A stretch of DNA of 64,000 bases. It comes from Selenomonadaceae bacterium. Lineage in GTDB: Bacteria; Vulcanimicrobiota; Xenobia; Xenobiales; JADMJV01. The notes below the pieces were generated by a model. It worked only from the letters and a program-made list of their open reading frames with translations. It did not search any database and was not told the DNA's origin. Below, one piece after another: positions 48,298-57,367 of the stretch (position 1 is its first letter; each line of letters begins with the position of its first letter). Location of the stretch: the NCBI GenBank assembly GCA_037189585.1, contig JBBCJA010000013.1, forward strand, positions 259,067 to 323,066. Reading direction: 5' to 3'. Both the position numbers and the translations under genes were made by a program.

Positions 48298-49818
48298 TTA
48301 GTTGGGAATGATGACGCCGCAGGTCGCGTCGTCAAGATCCCCTATGTCGGCTAGCGCGGTTTCGATGGCTTGAGCCGCTTCGGTGATTGAGGGGAATCGT
48401 GTTTCCGGCCTTTTGGCCATCAGACGTTGAACCACCACTTCTAGCAGTGGACTGGCATCGGGCACCTCGTGAAAGATAGACGGGACGGGGGCGGTCAGGT
48501 GTTGGGTTATGACCTCGATGGGGTCGCCCTCGGGATAGGGGCGGTCCCCGGTCAGCATCTCGAAAAGGATCACTCCCACGGCGTATTGATCGCTTTCGGG
48601 ACGAACCTCTCCCTTGGCCTGTTCCGGCGCCATGTAGTGAGGGCTTCCCACAGCCATTCCGGTTCGAGTGATGGCTTCGAACTCTAGACCTCGAGCGATC
48701 CCGAGATCGACGAGTTTGACTCCAGTGCGGTCCAAAAAGATGTTCGATGGCTTGACGTCGCGATGAACCATACCCTTTTTATGGATGTAAGCTAGAGCTT
48801 TGCACAAGGGAAGCAAAATGTTCGCGATCTTCTCTCTGGGCGGTTGAATATCGTCGTCGAGCTCCTCCGAGAGGGTACGACCTTCCAACAACTCCATCAC
48901 CAGGTAGGTCTCGCCGTCGGGACCCACGCCGGTATCATACATCCTGACGAGGTTAGGATGGTTTAGCTTGGAGCAGATCTCGATCTCTCGAAGGAATCGT
49001 TTCTTGGTGTCACGGTCTTCCAGCAGTTCGGGACGCACGACTTTGATGGCCACCTCTCGACCAGGCGCCTTGGGCGAGGTGCCGCGGTAGATGATCGCCA
49101 TTCCCCCCTCGGCGATCTTCTCTTTTATGACGTAAGGCGGCCCGGTCGGCGGGATGGGGTCTGCTCGGCCGGAAGTCGTTTGGGGCAACCGGGTCGAGGG
49201 CGGCGTCTGCTGCTGGCGACCTCGTCGCCCGAGGATAAATCCACCGGCGCCCACCCCCAGAACCAGAAGGGCGAGCCCCGGAGCAAGCCACGATCCGGAT
49301 CCGACAGGCTCAAGCCTGTAGGTCCCCTGGCTAGGAAGGCGCCGACTGCCTCGGAGTTCAGGCGCGGTGAGTGAGATAACTTTAGGCACGTAGCCGTCGG
49401 CGCTAAGGGTGAATTCAAAAGACTTGTCTCCCGAAGCGGGAAGCTCGAGAGCTAGCGGTTGAGCGGCGCTCTGCTCCACCACTCCGTCGACCTTGACGAT
49501 CGCGTTGGGAGGATCGACATGGACTTTCACTATGACCTGCTCGGCATCGCCGGGCAGTCTCATCAGAGCAAAGACAATAGCGGTAAGCATCCATGGCGCG
49601 CGCACGCGGCCTACTTTGCTTTTTTCGACCTGGCTCCTGGAATCAAACGGATACAGTGGTGGAAACGACCGACTCCTACCCCAGCAGAGAATCCAGGGCA
49701 TTCCGAAAGTCGTTTGAGTAGAGGGGTCCCACCGCGTTCCCTCTTTCGGCCCGCCGCGAAGCGCTTTGGAAGGTCGAGGTGCGGTCCGGGGAGGAGGAGG
49801 AGGTGTTGCCAAGTCCAC
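48298..49818 (-). CDS. Receptor-type Ser/Thr protein kinase with PEGA-like ectodomain
   Basis: Kinase motifs GGMAIIYRG...AIK, HRDVKPSNIF, DLGIARG and SPHYMAPE. An ectodomain VIVKVHVDPPNAIVKVDGV...GYVPKV (PEGA-like) is followed by one TM segment. A second ORF in another frame (49676..50083) overlaps the 5' end, so a frameshift or alternative N-terminus is possible. Confidence 0.8.
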   Translation of the reverse strand: MDLATPPPPPRTAPRPSKALRGGPKEGTRWDPSTQTTFGMPWILCWGRSRSFPPLYPFDSRSQVEKSKVGRVRAPWMLTAIVFALMRLPGDAEQVIVKVHVDPPNAIVKVDGVVEQSAAQPLALELPASGDKSFEFTLSADGYVPKVISLTAPELRGSRRLPSQGTYRLEPVGSGSWLAPGLALLVLGVGAGGFILGRRGRQQQTPPSTRLPQTTSGRADPIPPTGPPYVIKEKIAEGGMAIIYRGTSPKAPGREVAIKVVRPELLEDRDTKKRFLREIEICSKLNHPNLVRMYDTGVGPDGETYLVMELLEGRTLSEELDDDIQPPREKIANILLPLCKALAYIHKKGMVHRDVKPSNIFLDRTGVKLVDLGIARGLEFEAITRTGMAVGSPHYMAPEQAKGEVRPESDQYAVGVILFEMLTGDRPYPEGDPIEVITQHLTAPVPSIFHEVPDASPLLEVVVQRLMAKRPETRFPSITEAAQAIETALADIGDLDDATCGVIIPN

Positions 49819-50251
49819 GAGTTTCTAAGGAGAAGACCACTCCGTCATGAAAACTACCCCCGTTGGACGGAACCGCGATCGAGGGCTGTGCCGGGCTTGC
49901 CACGGGGCGAGCGACCGGGCGGGTCGTCGGAGCGATAGCGGTGACGGGGCGGGCCTGTCCGTTGCTGTAGGTGGCGCCGAAAGCCGAGCGGGAATCGTGA
50001 CGCTCGGGCTGCCCGCCGTAAAACAGCGAGGTCGCGTATCGGTCGGCTCCTTGGAAGTGTCTCTCTCGTTGTTGGGCTGCCACGGCTAGCTTTCTCCTTA
50101 GGTCCCCTAGGGGTGTGTTCTTGCCCTCAAGATACAGCCTCGAGGTTTTCTCATGGTTGAGCGAGCGGGGGTAAATGTTAACTTTTTGTGACGAATATGA
50201 CCATCTAGTCGTCGGTGTCAGTTTTTGAACGACTTCTTCTAAGAAACAACA

Positions 50252-50278
50252 AAGCCCCGCGGCGAGGCGGGGCTTTGG
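50252..50278. terminator. Rho-independent terminator downstream of the acyl-CoA ligase gene
   Basis: aaagccccgc-ggcgag-gcggggcttt stem with flanking T-rich and A-rich tracts. Confidence 0.5.
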
Positions 50279-50300
50279 AGATGAGTCGAGGTGGAATGGC

Positions 50301-51971
50301 TTACTGCCAGGAAACCTTTTCCTTGCTCTCGGCCCACTTGTCCATCTCGGGTCCGTATTTATCCTCCACGGTGCGCCGTTTGAGCTTCATACTGGGAGTG
50401 AGAAACTCATTCTCGATGGTCCACTCTTCTTTGATAATGATCAAACTCGAGAGGCGTTCCCATTCCTCGACGGAGCGATTAACCTTGGCTAAGAGCTCCT
50501 TGAGTTGACTTTCGATTTCGGCTTTGTTGGCCTTACCGGCGGCTAGGTCCTTACGAAGACCCTCGGCCAGCATCACGAAGGCAAACGCCATGGCGTAGCC
50601 GGAACCGGTCACGCAGGACATCTCGACGTAAGGATGAGCGTTGAGCATATTCTCGATGGGGGCCGGCGAAATGTACTTGCCCTTACTGGTTTTGAACAGC
50701 TCCTTGACGCGGCCTGTAATCTTGAGGCGTCCGGCGTCGTCGCGTTCACCCCGGTCGCCGGTTTTAAGCCATCCGTCCTCAGTGAGGGTCTCCTGAGTGG
50801 CTTCCGGCTGCTTGAAGTAGCCCTTCATCAATCCGGGGGTGTGGAGTTGAATCTCCCCCTCGTCAGAGATACGGACCTGCACTCCGGGCATCGGGTGACC
50901 CACGTAGCCGACACGGGATTTTCCTGGGAGCGAGACGTGAGAGCAAACGAACTCCTCGGTCATTGCGTAACCTTCGAGAAGCTCTAGACCCAGGCGTCGA
51001 TACCACTCGATCAACTGAGGCGGAATGGGAGCCGAGCCCGAAAGCGCGAAGCGGGTCTGATCCAGACCAAGCCCGGCGAGGATTTTATTCTTCACGATGC
51101 CCGAGATGATGGGAATCTTAAGAAGAAGGGACAGCTTCTTCTCGGGCATTTTGGCCGAGACACCCTGCTGAAACTTCAGCCAGAGACGGGGAACGGAGTG
51201 GAAGATGGTCGGACGGGCCCGTTTGACATCCTCCACGAATGTATCCAAAGAGTCGGCGAAGAACAACTGGCAGCCGGCAAGACAGGTCGCCACCTCCACC
51301 GCGGCACGCTCGAAGACGTGAGCTAGGGGGAGATAAGAGATAAAGCGGTCGTCAGTGGTGAGACTGAAGATTTTGATGGCGCCTTTGGGACCGGCCACAG
51401 TGCTTGCGAAGGTATGTTCTACCCCCTTGGGCTGACCGGTCGATCCGGAGGTGTAGATCAAAAGAGCGGTGTCGTCCTTGTCGCGAGTCGGGCTTCCCTC
51501 GATCGGCTCGGTCGACTTGATGATGTCGTCCCACTTGGTGTAGTCGGTTTTAGGAGACAGAGGATAGCTGATGCACGGCATCCCCTCGGGGACCATGGTT
51601 TTGGCGTCGAAAACGTCGAGTTTTCCGACAAACATCAGCTTGGACTCACTGTGCTCGAGGATGTACTGAATGGTATCCGGACTCGAGGTGGGGTACAGTG
51701 CGACGGAGACGTATCCGGCCATCCAGATGGCGAGATCGCTCATGATGAAATGGGCACAGTTTTTCGACAGGATGGCGATGCGCGACCCCTGCGGGTACCC
51801 TTGGGCTTTGAGGTGAGCCGCCATGCGGCGGGCTTCGTCGAGAGTCTGAGCCCAGGTGAATTCCCGTAGGGCGCCGCCCCCCATCGGCTGTGTCATGTAG
51901 ACACGCTGGGGGCTCTCTTTTTCCCAGCGATAGACGTTTTCTAGAACGAGATCCTTGGCTTCGATCGACAT
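50301..51971 (-). CDS. Long-chain-fatty-acid--CoA ligase (AMP-binding superfamily)
   Basis: AMP-binding motifs LIYTSGSTGQPKGV and TGDRGERDDAGRLKITGRVKE. Start at MSIEAK with GGAG 8 nt upstream. Confidence 0.85.
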   Translation of the reverse strand: MSIEAKDLVLENVYRWEKESPQRVYMTQPMGGGALREFTWAQTLDEARRMAAHLKAQGYPQGSRIAILSKNCAHFIMSDLAIWMAGYVSVALYPTSSPDTIQYILEHSESKLMFVGKLDVFDAKTMVPEGMPCISYPLSPKTDYTKWDDIIKSTEPIEGSPTRDKDDTALLIYTSGSTGQPKGVEHTFASTVAGPKGAIKIFSLTTDDRFISYLPLAHVFERAAVEVATCLAGCQLFFADSLDTFVEDVKRARPTIFHSVPRLWLKFQQGVSAKMPEKKLSLLLKIPIISGIVKNKILAGLGLDQTRFALSGSAPIPPQLIEWYRRLGLELLEGYAMTEEFVCSHVSLPGKSRVGYVGHPMPGVQVRISDEGEIQLHTPGLMKGYFKQPEATQETLTEDGWLKTGDRGERDDAGRLKITGRVKELFKTSKGKYISPAPIENMLNAHPYVEMSCVTGSGYAMAFAFVMLAEGLRKDLAAGKANKAEIESQLKELLAKVNRSVEEWERLSSLIIIKEEWTIENEFLTPSMKLKRRTVEDKYGPEMDKWAESKEKVSWQ

Positions 51972-52094
51972 ACGGTAACTCCAATCTCGGGGATTTTGAG
52001 GCGGACAAATGACGACCACGACCCCCTTGAATTCCATCCGCCGCTTTCGGATGAAGCAGGAAAGACCCTCTAAAAAGAAGCAAAGATCGTCGAA

Positions 52095-53471
52095 CTATAG
52101 ACCCATTGAAGCGCGATAGTAGAGCTTCATCAACTCCGGGTCGGGATCGAGGTCGTCGGACTTGAGCGCTTTGACGGTCGCTTCGTAGACTTCCACCGCG
52201 CGTTCCGGCTTGGCCATTTTCAGGTAGGCCTCCATTAAAAGGCCGGCCGCATCCTCGTTGGTGGGGTCCACTTCCAGCAGTTTTCGTCCGGAACTCTCCA
52301 CTGCTTCGAATTCGTTGTGTTCCAGCATCGTCCGACCCGAAGCCAGCACCGTTTCGGTGAAACAGATCTCGAGTTTGGACCGGGCCACGTCGGCCCAGTC
52401 TTCATAACAGGTTCGCAGAAACGGACCACGATAGAGATCGAGCAGCCTTCGTAGGGCCGCGGCCGAGGTGAGAGGTTTGCGAGGTTCGGTCATTTTCATG
52501 ACCTCGGTGTAGTCATGTTGGCCGAGGCGTTCGGGATTGAGTTGCAGGGTCGAGGGTGTCCGCAGTACCAGGGATTCGAAGGCCGCGTCGTCGAGAGCCA
52601 GGGAATCGCGCAGCTGGAGCAGAGTGTAGCTGAGATTTTTTCGGCCACGGGTTGCCGCGACCCCGGGCCAGAACTCCTCCAACAAGGACTCCACGGCCAG
52701 AGGTTCGCCCCACTGCAAAGCCAGTCGAGCCAGCAGCCAGCGACTCTTCTCGTTACGAACGTCTTGCCCCAGATTAGCGTCGCCACCTAAGGAGACCCAA
52801 AAGGTGCCCAAGGTCCTAATAGAGATGAGCGACTCGGTGCTAGAGGCTTCAGCGGGGACGGAGAAACGGAAGAAAAGTTGGCCGACTCCGATCAGATCGC
52901 CATGGTGAAGCCGCTTGGTGGCTCCGGGCGCCAGCGCCTCCCCGTTGACCGTGGTGGCACTACCGGCCGACTCGCTCATCAACGAAACCTGGCCGTGACG
53001 ATCGGGCAGAAAGGTCGCATGGGCTCGAGATATGGTCGGATGCTCGAGCTCGATATGGTTGAGTCGCTTGCCCCGACGACCCAACAGAGTCTGTTGACCC
53101 TTAAGGTGCCAAACCCGACCGGTGAAAGGAGCGTCAACCCCCTCCAGCGTTCCCACCGGAGGCTGACGTACGTCCAGCAGCCAGATGTTCGCTCCGTCGA
53201 GAATCGCGCTCTCTCCCACGTGCAGCGGACGGCTTTCGCCGTTCTCGCTGTTGAAAAGGACCACGCTGTCGCCTTTGAGTCTGGCAGACCATGTCGAGCC
53301 CGCGGGAAAAGCCGTGGCCGCTTCCTTGGCGAAGCTGATCTCCTCGGAGATGAAAGGGAAACGGTACTCCCGCTGACCGTCGAGAACCAGCTGCAGTTCG
53401 AGATGTGGATGGGCCAGAGTGACCGACTGGGCCAACACGTTCTGAGTGGGATCGCTAGACTGTTCCGTCAT
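52095..53471 (-). CDS. FHA-domain plus SARP/BTAD (OmpR-like wHTH with bacterial transcriptional activation domain) regulator, a reverse EmbR architecture
   Basis: N-terminal FHA (TLLGRRGKRLNHIELEHPTISRAHATF...NGEAL). C-terminal winged helix (LGTFWVSLGGDANLG...RWLLARLAL) and BTAD helices (LDLYRGPFL...EAYLKMAKPERAVEVYE). Confidence 0.7.
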   Translation of the reverse strand: MTEQSSDPTQNVLAQSVTLAHPHLELQLVLDGQREYRFPFISEEISFAKEAATAFPAGSTWSARLKGDSVVLFNSENGESRPLHVGESAILDGANIWLLDVRQPPVGTLEGVDAPFTGRVWHLKGQQTLLGRRGKRLNHIELEHPTISRAHATFLPDRHGQVSLMSESAGSATTVNGEALAPGATKRLHHGDLIGVGQLFFRFSVPAEASSTESLISIRTLGTFWVSLGGDANLGQDVRNEKSRWLLARLALQWGEPLAVESLLEEFWPGVAATRGRKNLSYTLLQLRDSLALDDAAFESLVLRTPSTLQLNPERLGQHDYTEVMKMTEPRKPLTSAAALRRLLDLYRGPFLRTCYEDWADVARSKLEICFTETVLASGRTMLEHNEFEAVESSGRKLLEVDPTNEDAAGLLMEAYLKMAKPERAVEVYEATVKALKSDDLDPDPELMKLYYRASMGL

Positions 53472-53675
53472 TTCAGTCGGTTCTGCCCCGTTTTCGCCTG
53501 TCCTTTAACTGTCCATGTAGGTGTGTCCAGTTTCAACCTAAAATCTCGGGATGCAGGCTACAACCTCAGCTAAATCCGCAAGGTGATCTTGAAGGATTCG
53601 ATACATCTCTTTGATATCGACCCGCCATATCGGTGGACTACGAAATTTCTCTGCCTGTCCACGCATCATCTGGGT

Positions 53676-55673
53676 TTAACCGACCAGGTAGGTGTAGCGA
53701 CGGAGGCCGGCCTCAAAGCCCTGCAAAAGCAGTTGTGATTCCTTGAGGGTCATTCGGCCGCTTTCGATGGCCCGCTCGGTTCGTTGTCGGATGTTCTCCT
53801 CCAGGTCGTCCACATCGTAGGAGACGTAGGAGAGGACTTCGCGCATGGTGTCGCCTTTGACCACGTGCTCGACCTGGTAGCCGCTGGGAGTCATTTTGAT
53901 ATGAACGGCGTTGACGTCGCCGAACAGATTGTGCAGCGAGCCGAGAATCTCTTGATACGCGCCACTGAGAAAAAGACCGAGAATGTAGGGCTCGAACCGC
54001 CGTGCCGGATCCTGGCTGGGGATCAAAGGATGAAGCTCCAGCAGAGTTTTGTGATCCTCCTTGGGATCGATGAACCTGTCCAGCTTTCCGTCGCTGTCAC
54101 AGGTCAGATCGGCCAGGGTGCCGCGCTCGGTGGGCTCCTCGTCCAGGCGATGGATCGGCATAATGGGAAAGAGCTGATCCATCGCCCAGGTGTCGGGGAC
54201 CGACTGAAAAATGGAGAGGTTGACGTAATACATCGAGGCCATAGTTTTGTCGAGCTCCTCGAGGTCGTCCGGCGGCTCTTCCATCTCACGGAAGAGCTTC
54301 TGAAGGATTCGGCAGATCTGCCAGAACAGTCGCTCGGCCTTGGCCCGTTGCCGAAGGGAGAGATAGCCATGTCCGAAGAGGGAGACCGCCTCTTTTTTGA
54401 ACTGCTTGGCGTCATGCCAGCTCTCCTGGAGATTTTCGCTAGTGATGTGGTCGAGCGTTTCGAACAGGTTCTTCACGATCATATGATCGTCGTCGGCGGG
54501 CGCCTTTGGCTCTGTCCTGGTCACTTCGCCAACTCCTAGGACATCAAAGACCAGCACAGTCATGTGGGAAGCCAGGGCGCGACCGCTTTCGGAAACAAGG
54601 ACGGGTTGGATGACATTGTGGGTGGTGCAGGCGTCTTTAACAGCCGCTACCACATCGTTGGCATAGTTTTGAATGTTGTAGTTTTTGGAGGCGTGAGTGT
54701 TGGACTTTGAGCCATCGTAGTCCACGGCGAGGCCCCCGCCCACATCGAGATAACCCATCGGAGCTCCCAGCTTCACCAACTCAACGTAGACCTGACAGGC
54801 TTCCCGCAAGGCTTCCTTGATAGTGGAAATAGACGAGATCTGAGAGCCGATATGAAAGTGCAAAAGGCGCAGACAGTCCAGCATTCCCGCATCTTGAAGC
54901 CTTTCCACGCACTCGATGATTTCGGGAACGGTCAATCCGAATTTGGCTCCGTCACCCACCGTCTTGGCCCAGTGGCCCTGGCTTCGAATATTGAGCTTGG
55001 AGCGGACACCCAGCCACGGCTTGATACCAAGCTTTTTGGAAGCCTCAAGAACGGTGTCCAACTCCTCAGCTTGCTCTAAGATAATGATGGTTTGCTGGCT
55101 CATCCGCGAAGCCAGCAGCGCCGTCTCGACGTAGTCGGCATCTTTATATCCGTTACAAAGGATGAGAGCGCCGGGCGAATTCAAGGTGGCCAGAGCGATC
55201 AAAAGCTCCGGTTTTGAACCGGCTTCTAGACCAAACTGTTTGTTTGTACCGTATTTGACCAGACTTTCGACAACATGGCGTTGCTGATTGCACTTGACCG
55301 GAAAAACTCCCTGATAATGGTTGCTATAGCTGTAGCGAGTGATGGCTCGAGAGAAAGCTGAAGTTAGGCGTTCCAGCCGATCTTCTAGAATATCGGAAAA
55401 ACGGATCAGAATCGGCATCTCCAGATTACGCTGCTTGAGAGAGGTTACCAACTCATGTAGGTCCAGAGCCCCGCCACGATCGCCCTGAGGACTGACGGTG
55501 ACATGCCCGGCCGCGTTGATGGAAAAATAGGGGTCCCCCCAATACTCGATGCGATAGAGCTCCTCGCTATCCTCAATGGTCCACGCGCTGTCTTGACGAG
55601 TCTCGGTTAGGCTCAATTCTTTCTCCACACTCCGTATTTCATAGATATGCCGGCTGGGGTCGACATTCGGCAA
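53676..55673 (-). CDS. speA: Biosynthetic arginine decarboxylase
   Basis: 665 aa. N-terminus WTIEDSEELYRIEYWGDPYFSINAAGHVTV and the alanine-racemase-fold PLP region are typical of SpeA. Confidence 0.9.
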   Translation of the reverse strand: MPNVDPSRHIYEIRSVEKELSLTETRQDSAWTIEDSEELYRIEYWGDPYFSINAAGHVTVSPQGDRGGALDLHELVTSLKQRNLEMPILIRFSDILEDRLERLTSAFSRAITRYSYSNHYQGVFPVKCNQQRHVVESLVKYGTNKQFGLEAGSKPELLIALATLNSPGALILCNGYKDADYVETALLASRMSQQTIIILEQAEELDTVLEASKKLGIKPWLGVRSKLNIRSQGHWAKTVGDGAKFGLTVPEIIECVERLQDAGMLDCLRLLHFHIGSQISSISTIKEALREACQVYVELVKLGAPMGYLDVGGGLAVDYDGSKSNTHASKNYNIQNYANDVVAAVKDACTTHNVIQPVLVSESGRALASHMTVLVFDVLGVGEVTRTEPKAPADDDHMIVKNLFETLDHITSENLQESWHDAKQFKKEAVSLFGHGYLSLRQRAKAERLFWQICRILQKLFREMEEPPDDLEELDKTMASMYYVNLSIFQSVPDTWAMDQLFPIMPIHRLDEEPTERGTLADLTCDSDGKLDRFIDPKEDHKTLLELHPLIPSQDPARRFEPYILGLFLSGAYQEILGSLHNLFGDVNAVHIKMTPSGYQVEHVVKGDTMREVLSYVSYDVDDLEENIRQRTERAIESGRMTLKESQLLLQGFEAGLRRYTYLVG

Positions 55674-55771
55674 ACTTGTTCGAAGCCCGCACGGCGAAGC
55701 CTCCAGGGAAAGGTGAAGGCCTACGGTACTTTATGCCTAGACGATTGACCCTACTTGGGGATAATAGAGCT

Positions 55772-57367
55772 ATGAGCCATGAAATCCGTACGAACCAGAA
55801 TCAGCCACATCGGCCTATCATTTCACCGTCGATCGAGAAGGTTGCATCCAACTTGGCTGGTGTGGCTGATAGCATTCTCGGAAATCCGGCGGGAGAGGCG
55901 CCCTTGGGCTCGGTTGTCTCGCCCGCGACTCAACGGATGGTGTCCCGCTTGACCGGCGGTTTGATGAACCCCAACCAGAATCTCGGAGTTACCCAGGGAG
56001 TTCCACGCGATGAACGGACCGGATTACCCGAAATTCACCAGGCCCTTCCCAGTGGTATGCTCGCCGAAGGGGTGAAGGCCGGAGTTAAGAAGGCACGTGC
56101 CGACAGGCGTGAGGTGTTGGAGAAGTTCAGCTCAAATCCTGAGCTGTTGGGCCTGGCAAAGACCATGAGAACCAACGACCTTCCCGCTTTGTTGAGCCTC
56201 CAGCAGAAGGGGATCCTGGCCAAGAAAGACATCAAGGGCCAGACCGTGACCGAATCGCTACTGGGCCTGGCTCAGGGGCCTTTGATCAAAGATACGGACG
56301 GAAAAGAGATCGACCGCAAGGCTCTTTTGGGTCAGCTCGTCACCGACCTCGACGATCCCAAAGTGATCTGGCAAGGTCGAGGAAATACCTGCGGAGCAAC
56401 CAGTTCCAGCATCTACCTGGCCCAAACCCGCCCCGCCGAGTACGCTCGCATCACTGCGGAGTTGGCCAAGCCACCCGGAGAAGCTCTTCTTCCGGACGGC
56501 AAAAACAAGATCAGGGCGCTTCAGAGCCAGATTAACAATGACCGCTCTCGCTCTTTGACGGGACAACTCTTGCAGCCGGCTTTCATGGAGTTCGCCAATG
56601 GAGACAAGTACGACTATAAGGTCGACAAGGACTCAGAGGCGCACAAACATAATGCCAACGCCCTTCTTCACAAATCTAGCTTGCCAGCTATCGGTACGGG
56701 ACCGATCTATGCCAAATTTGATGCATCTGAGAAGACTCGCCATTTAGCGGCGACTTTGGGACATCAGATTCCAGGGTTGACCCAGCCGGAAATGGCCAGG
56801 CTGACGACCGCGTTGTTTGGACAAGAGCATGAGGTTCTCGGATCCGACTTGAGTATAGGCGACGTTAGAAGGTCTCTGACCCAGCGAGCCAAGCCAAAGA
56901 ACAAGGCGGCACTAGAAGCTTTGGACCAAAGGCGTTTACCGGCTTTCGTCCTTATGGACGCCGACCATGGAATGAAAACGGAGAAAACCATGGTGGGGGC
57001 ACTCCTCAAGCGTACTTTCCCCGGAATGCTCGATAAATCTGCTTTGGAGGGGCTTCTGGGCAAAGAAGCCCAGGATGCGATTAAGGCTAAGCGGAAAATC
57101 GTCATGCCCGCCGACGGATTTCACTGGGTTCTGGTCCGGGAGATCAAAGACGGTAGAGTCTACTTTGACGATCCGAATCGGCCCAGTAAGGCGCAACTCG
57201 ACCCCAACGACAAAGCTCGCCGAGATTCCGACGATCCGGCTTACAAGTATCGCTATCGCCCGGATGGGTTCCAGGTGGACGAGCAGTCAGGCTTGTCCAG
57301 TATGCCGATCGACAATTTTAAGGAAACCGTCTGGTCGGTGGTGGTTCCGAAACAGCAGCCTAACTAA
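55772..57367 (+). CDS. Hypothetical protein with papain-like (clan CA) cysteine-peptidase signature (Gln...Cys / His...Asp)
   Basis: IWQGRGNTCGATSSSIYLA places a Gln 6 residues before the Cys, as in the papain oxyanion hole. The C-terminal DGFHWVLVREIKDGRVYFDDPN supplies His and Asp/Asn. No signal peptide. The start is uncertain (ATG 55733 or 55772). Confidence 0.45.
   Translation: MSHEIRTNQNQPHRPIISPSIEKVASNLAGVADSILGNPAGEAPLGSVVSPATQRMVSRLTGGLMNPNQNLGVTQGVPRDERTGLPEIHQALPSGMLAEGVKAGVKKARADRREVLEKFSSNPELLGLAKTMRTNDLPALLSLQQKGILAKKDIKGQTVTESLLGLAQGPLIKDTDGKEIDRKALLGQLVTDLDDPKVIWQGRGNTCGATSSSIYLAQTRPAEYARITAELAKPPGEALLPDGKNKIRALQSQINNDRSRSLTGQLLQPAFMEFANGDKYDYKVDKDSEAHKHNANALLHKSSLPAIGTGPIYAKFDASEKTRHLAATLGHQIPGLTQPEMARLTTALFGQEHEVLGSDLSIGDVRRSLTQRAKPKNKAALEALDQRRLPAFVLMDADHGMKTEKTMVGALLKRTFPGMLDKSALEGLLGKEAQDAIKAKRKIVMPADGFHWVLVREIKDGRVYFDDPNRPSKAQLDPNDKARRDSDDPAYKYRYRPDGFQVDEQSGLSSMPIDNFKETVWSVVVPKQQPN

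Noticed and set aside
52496-52790. Small ORFs on both strands inside the FHA-SARP gene
   Set aside because: Overlapping shadow ORFs within a well-supported longer coding frame.
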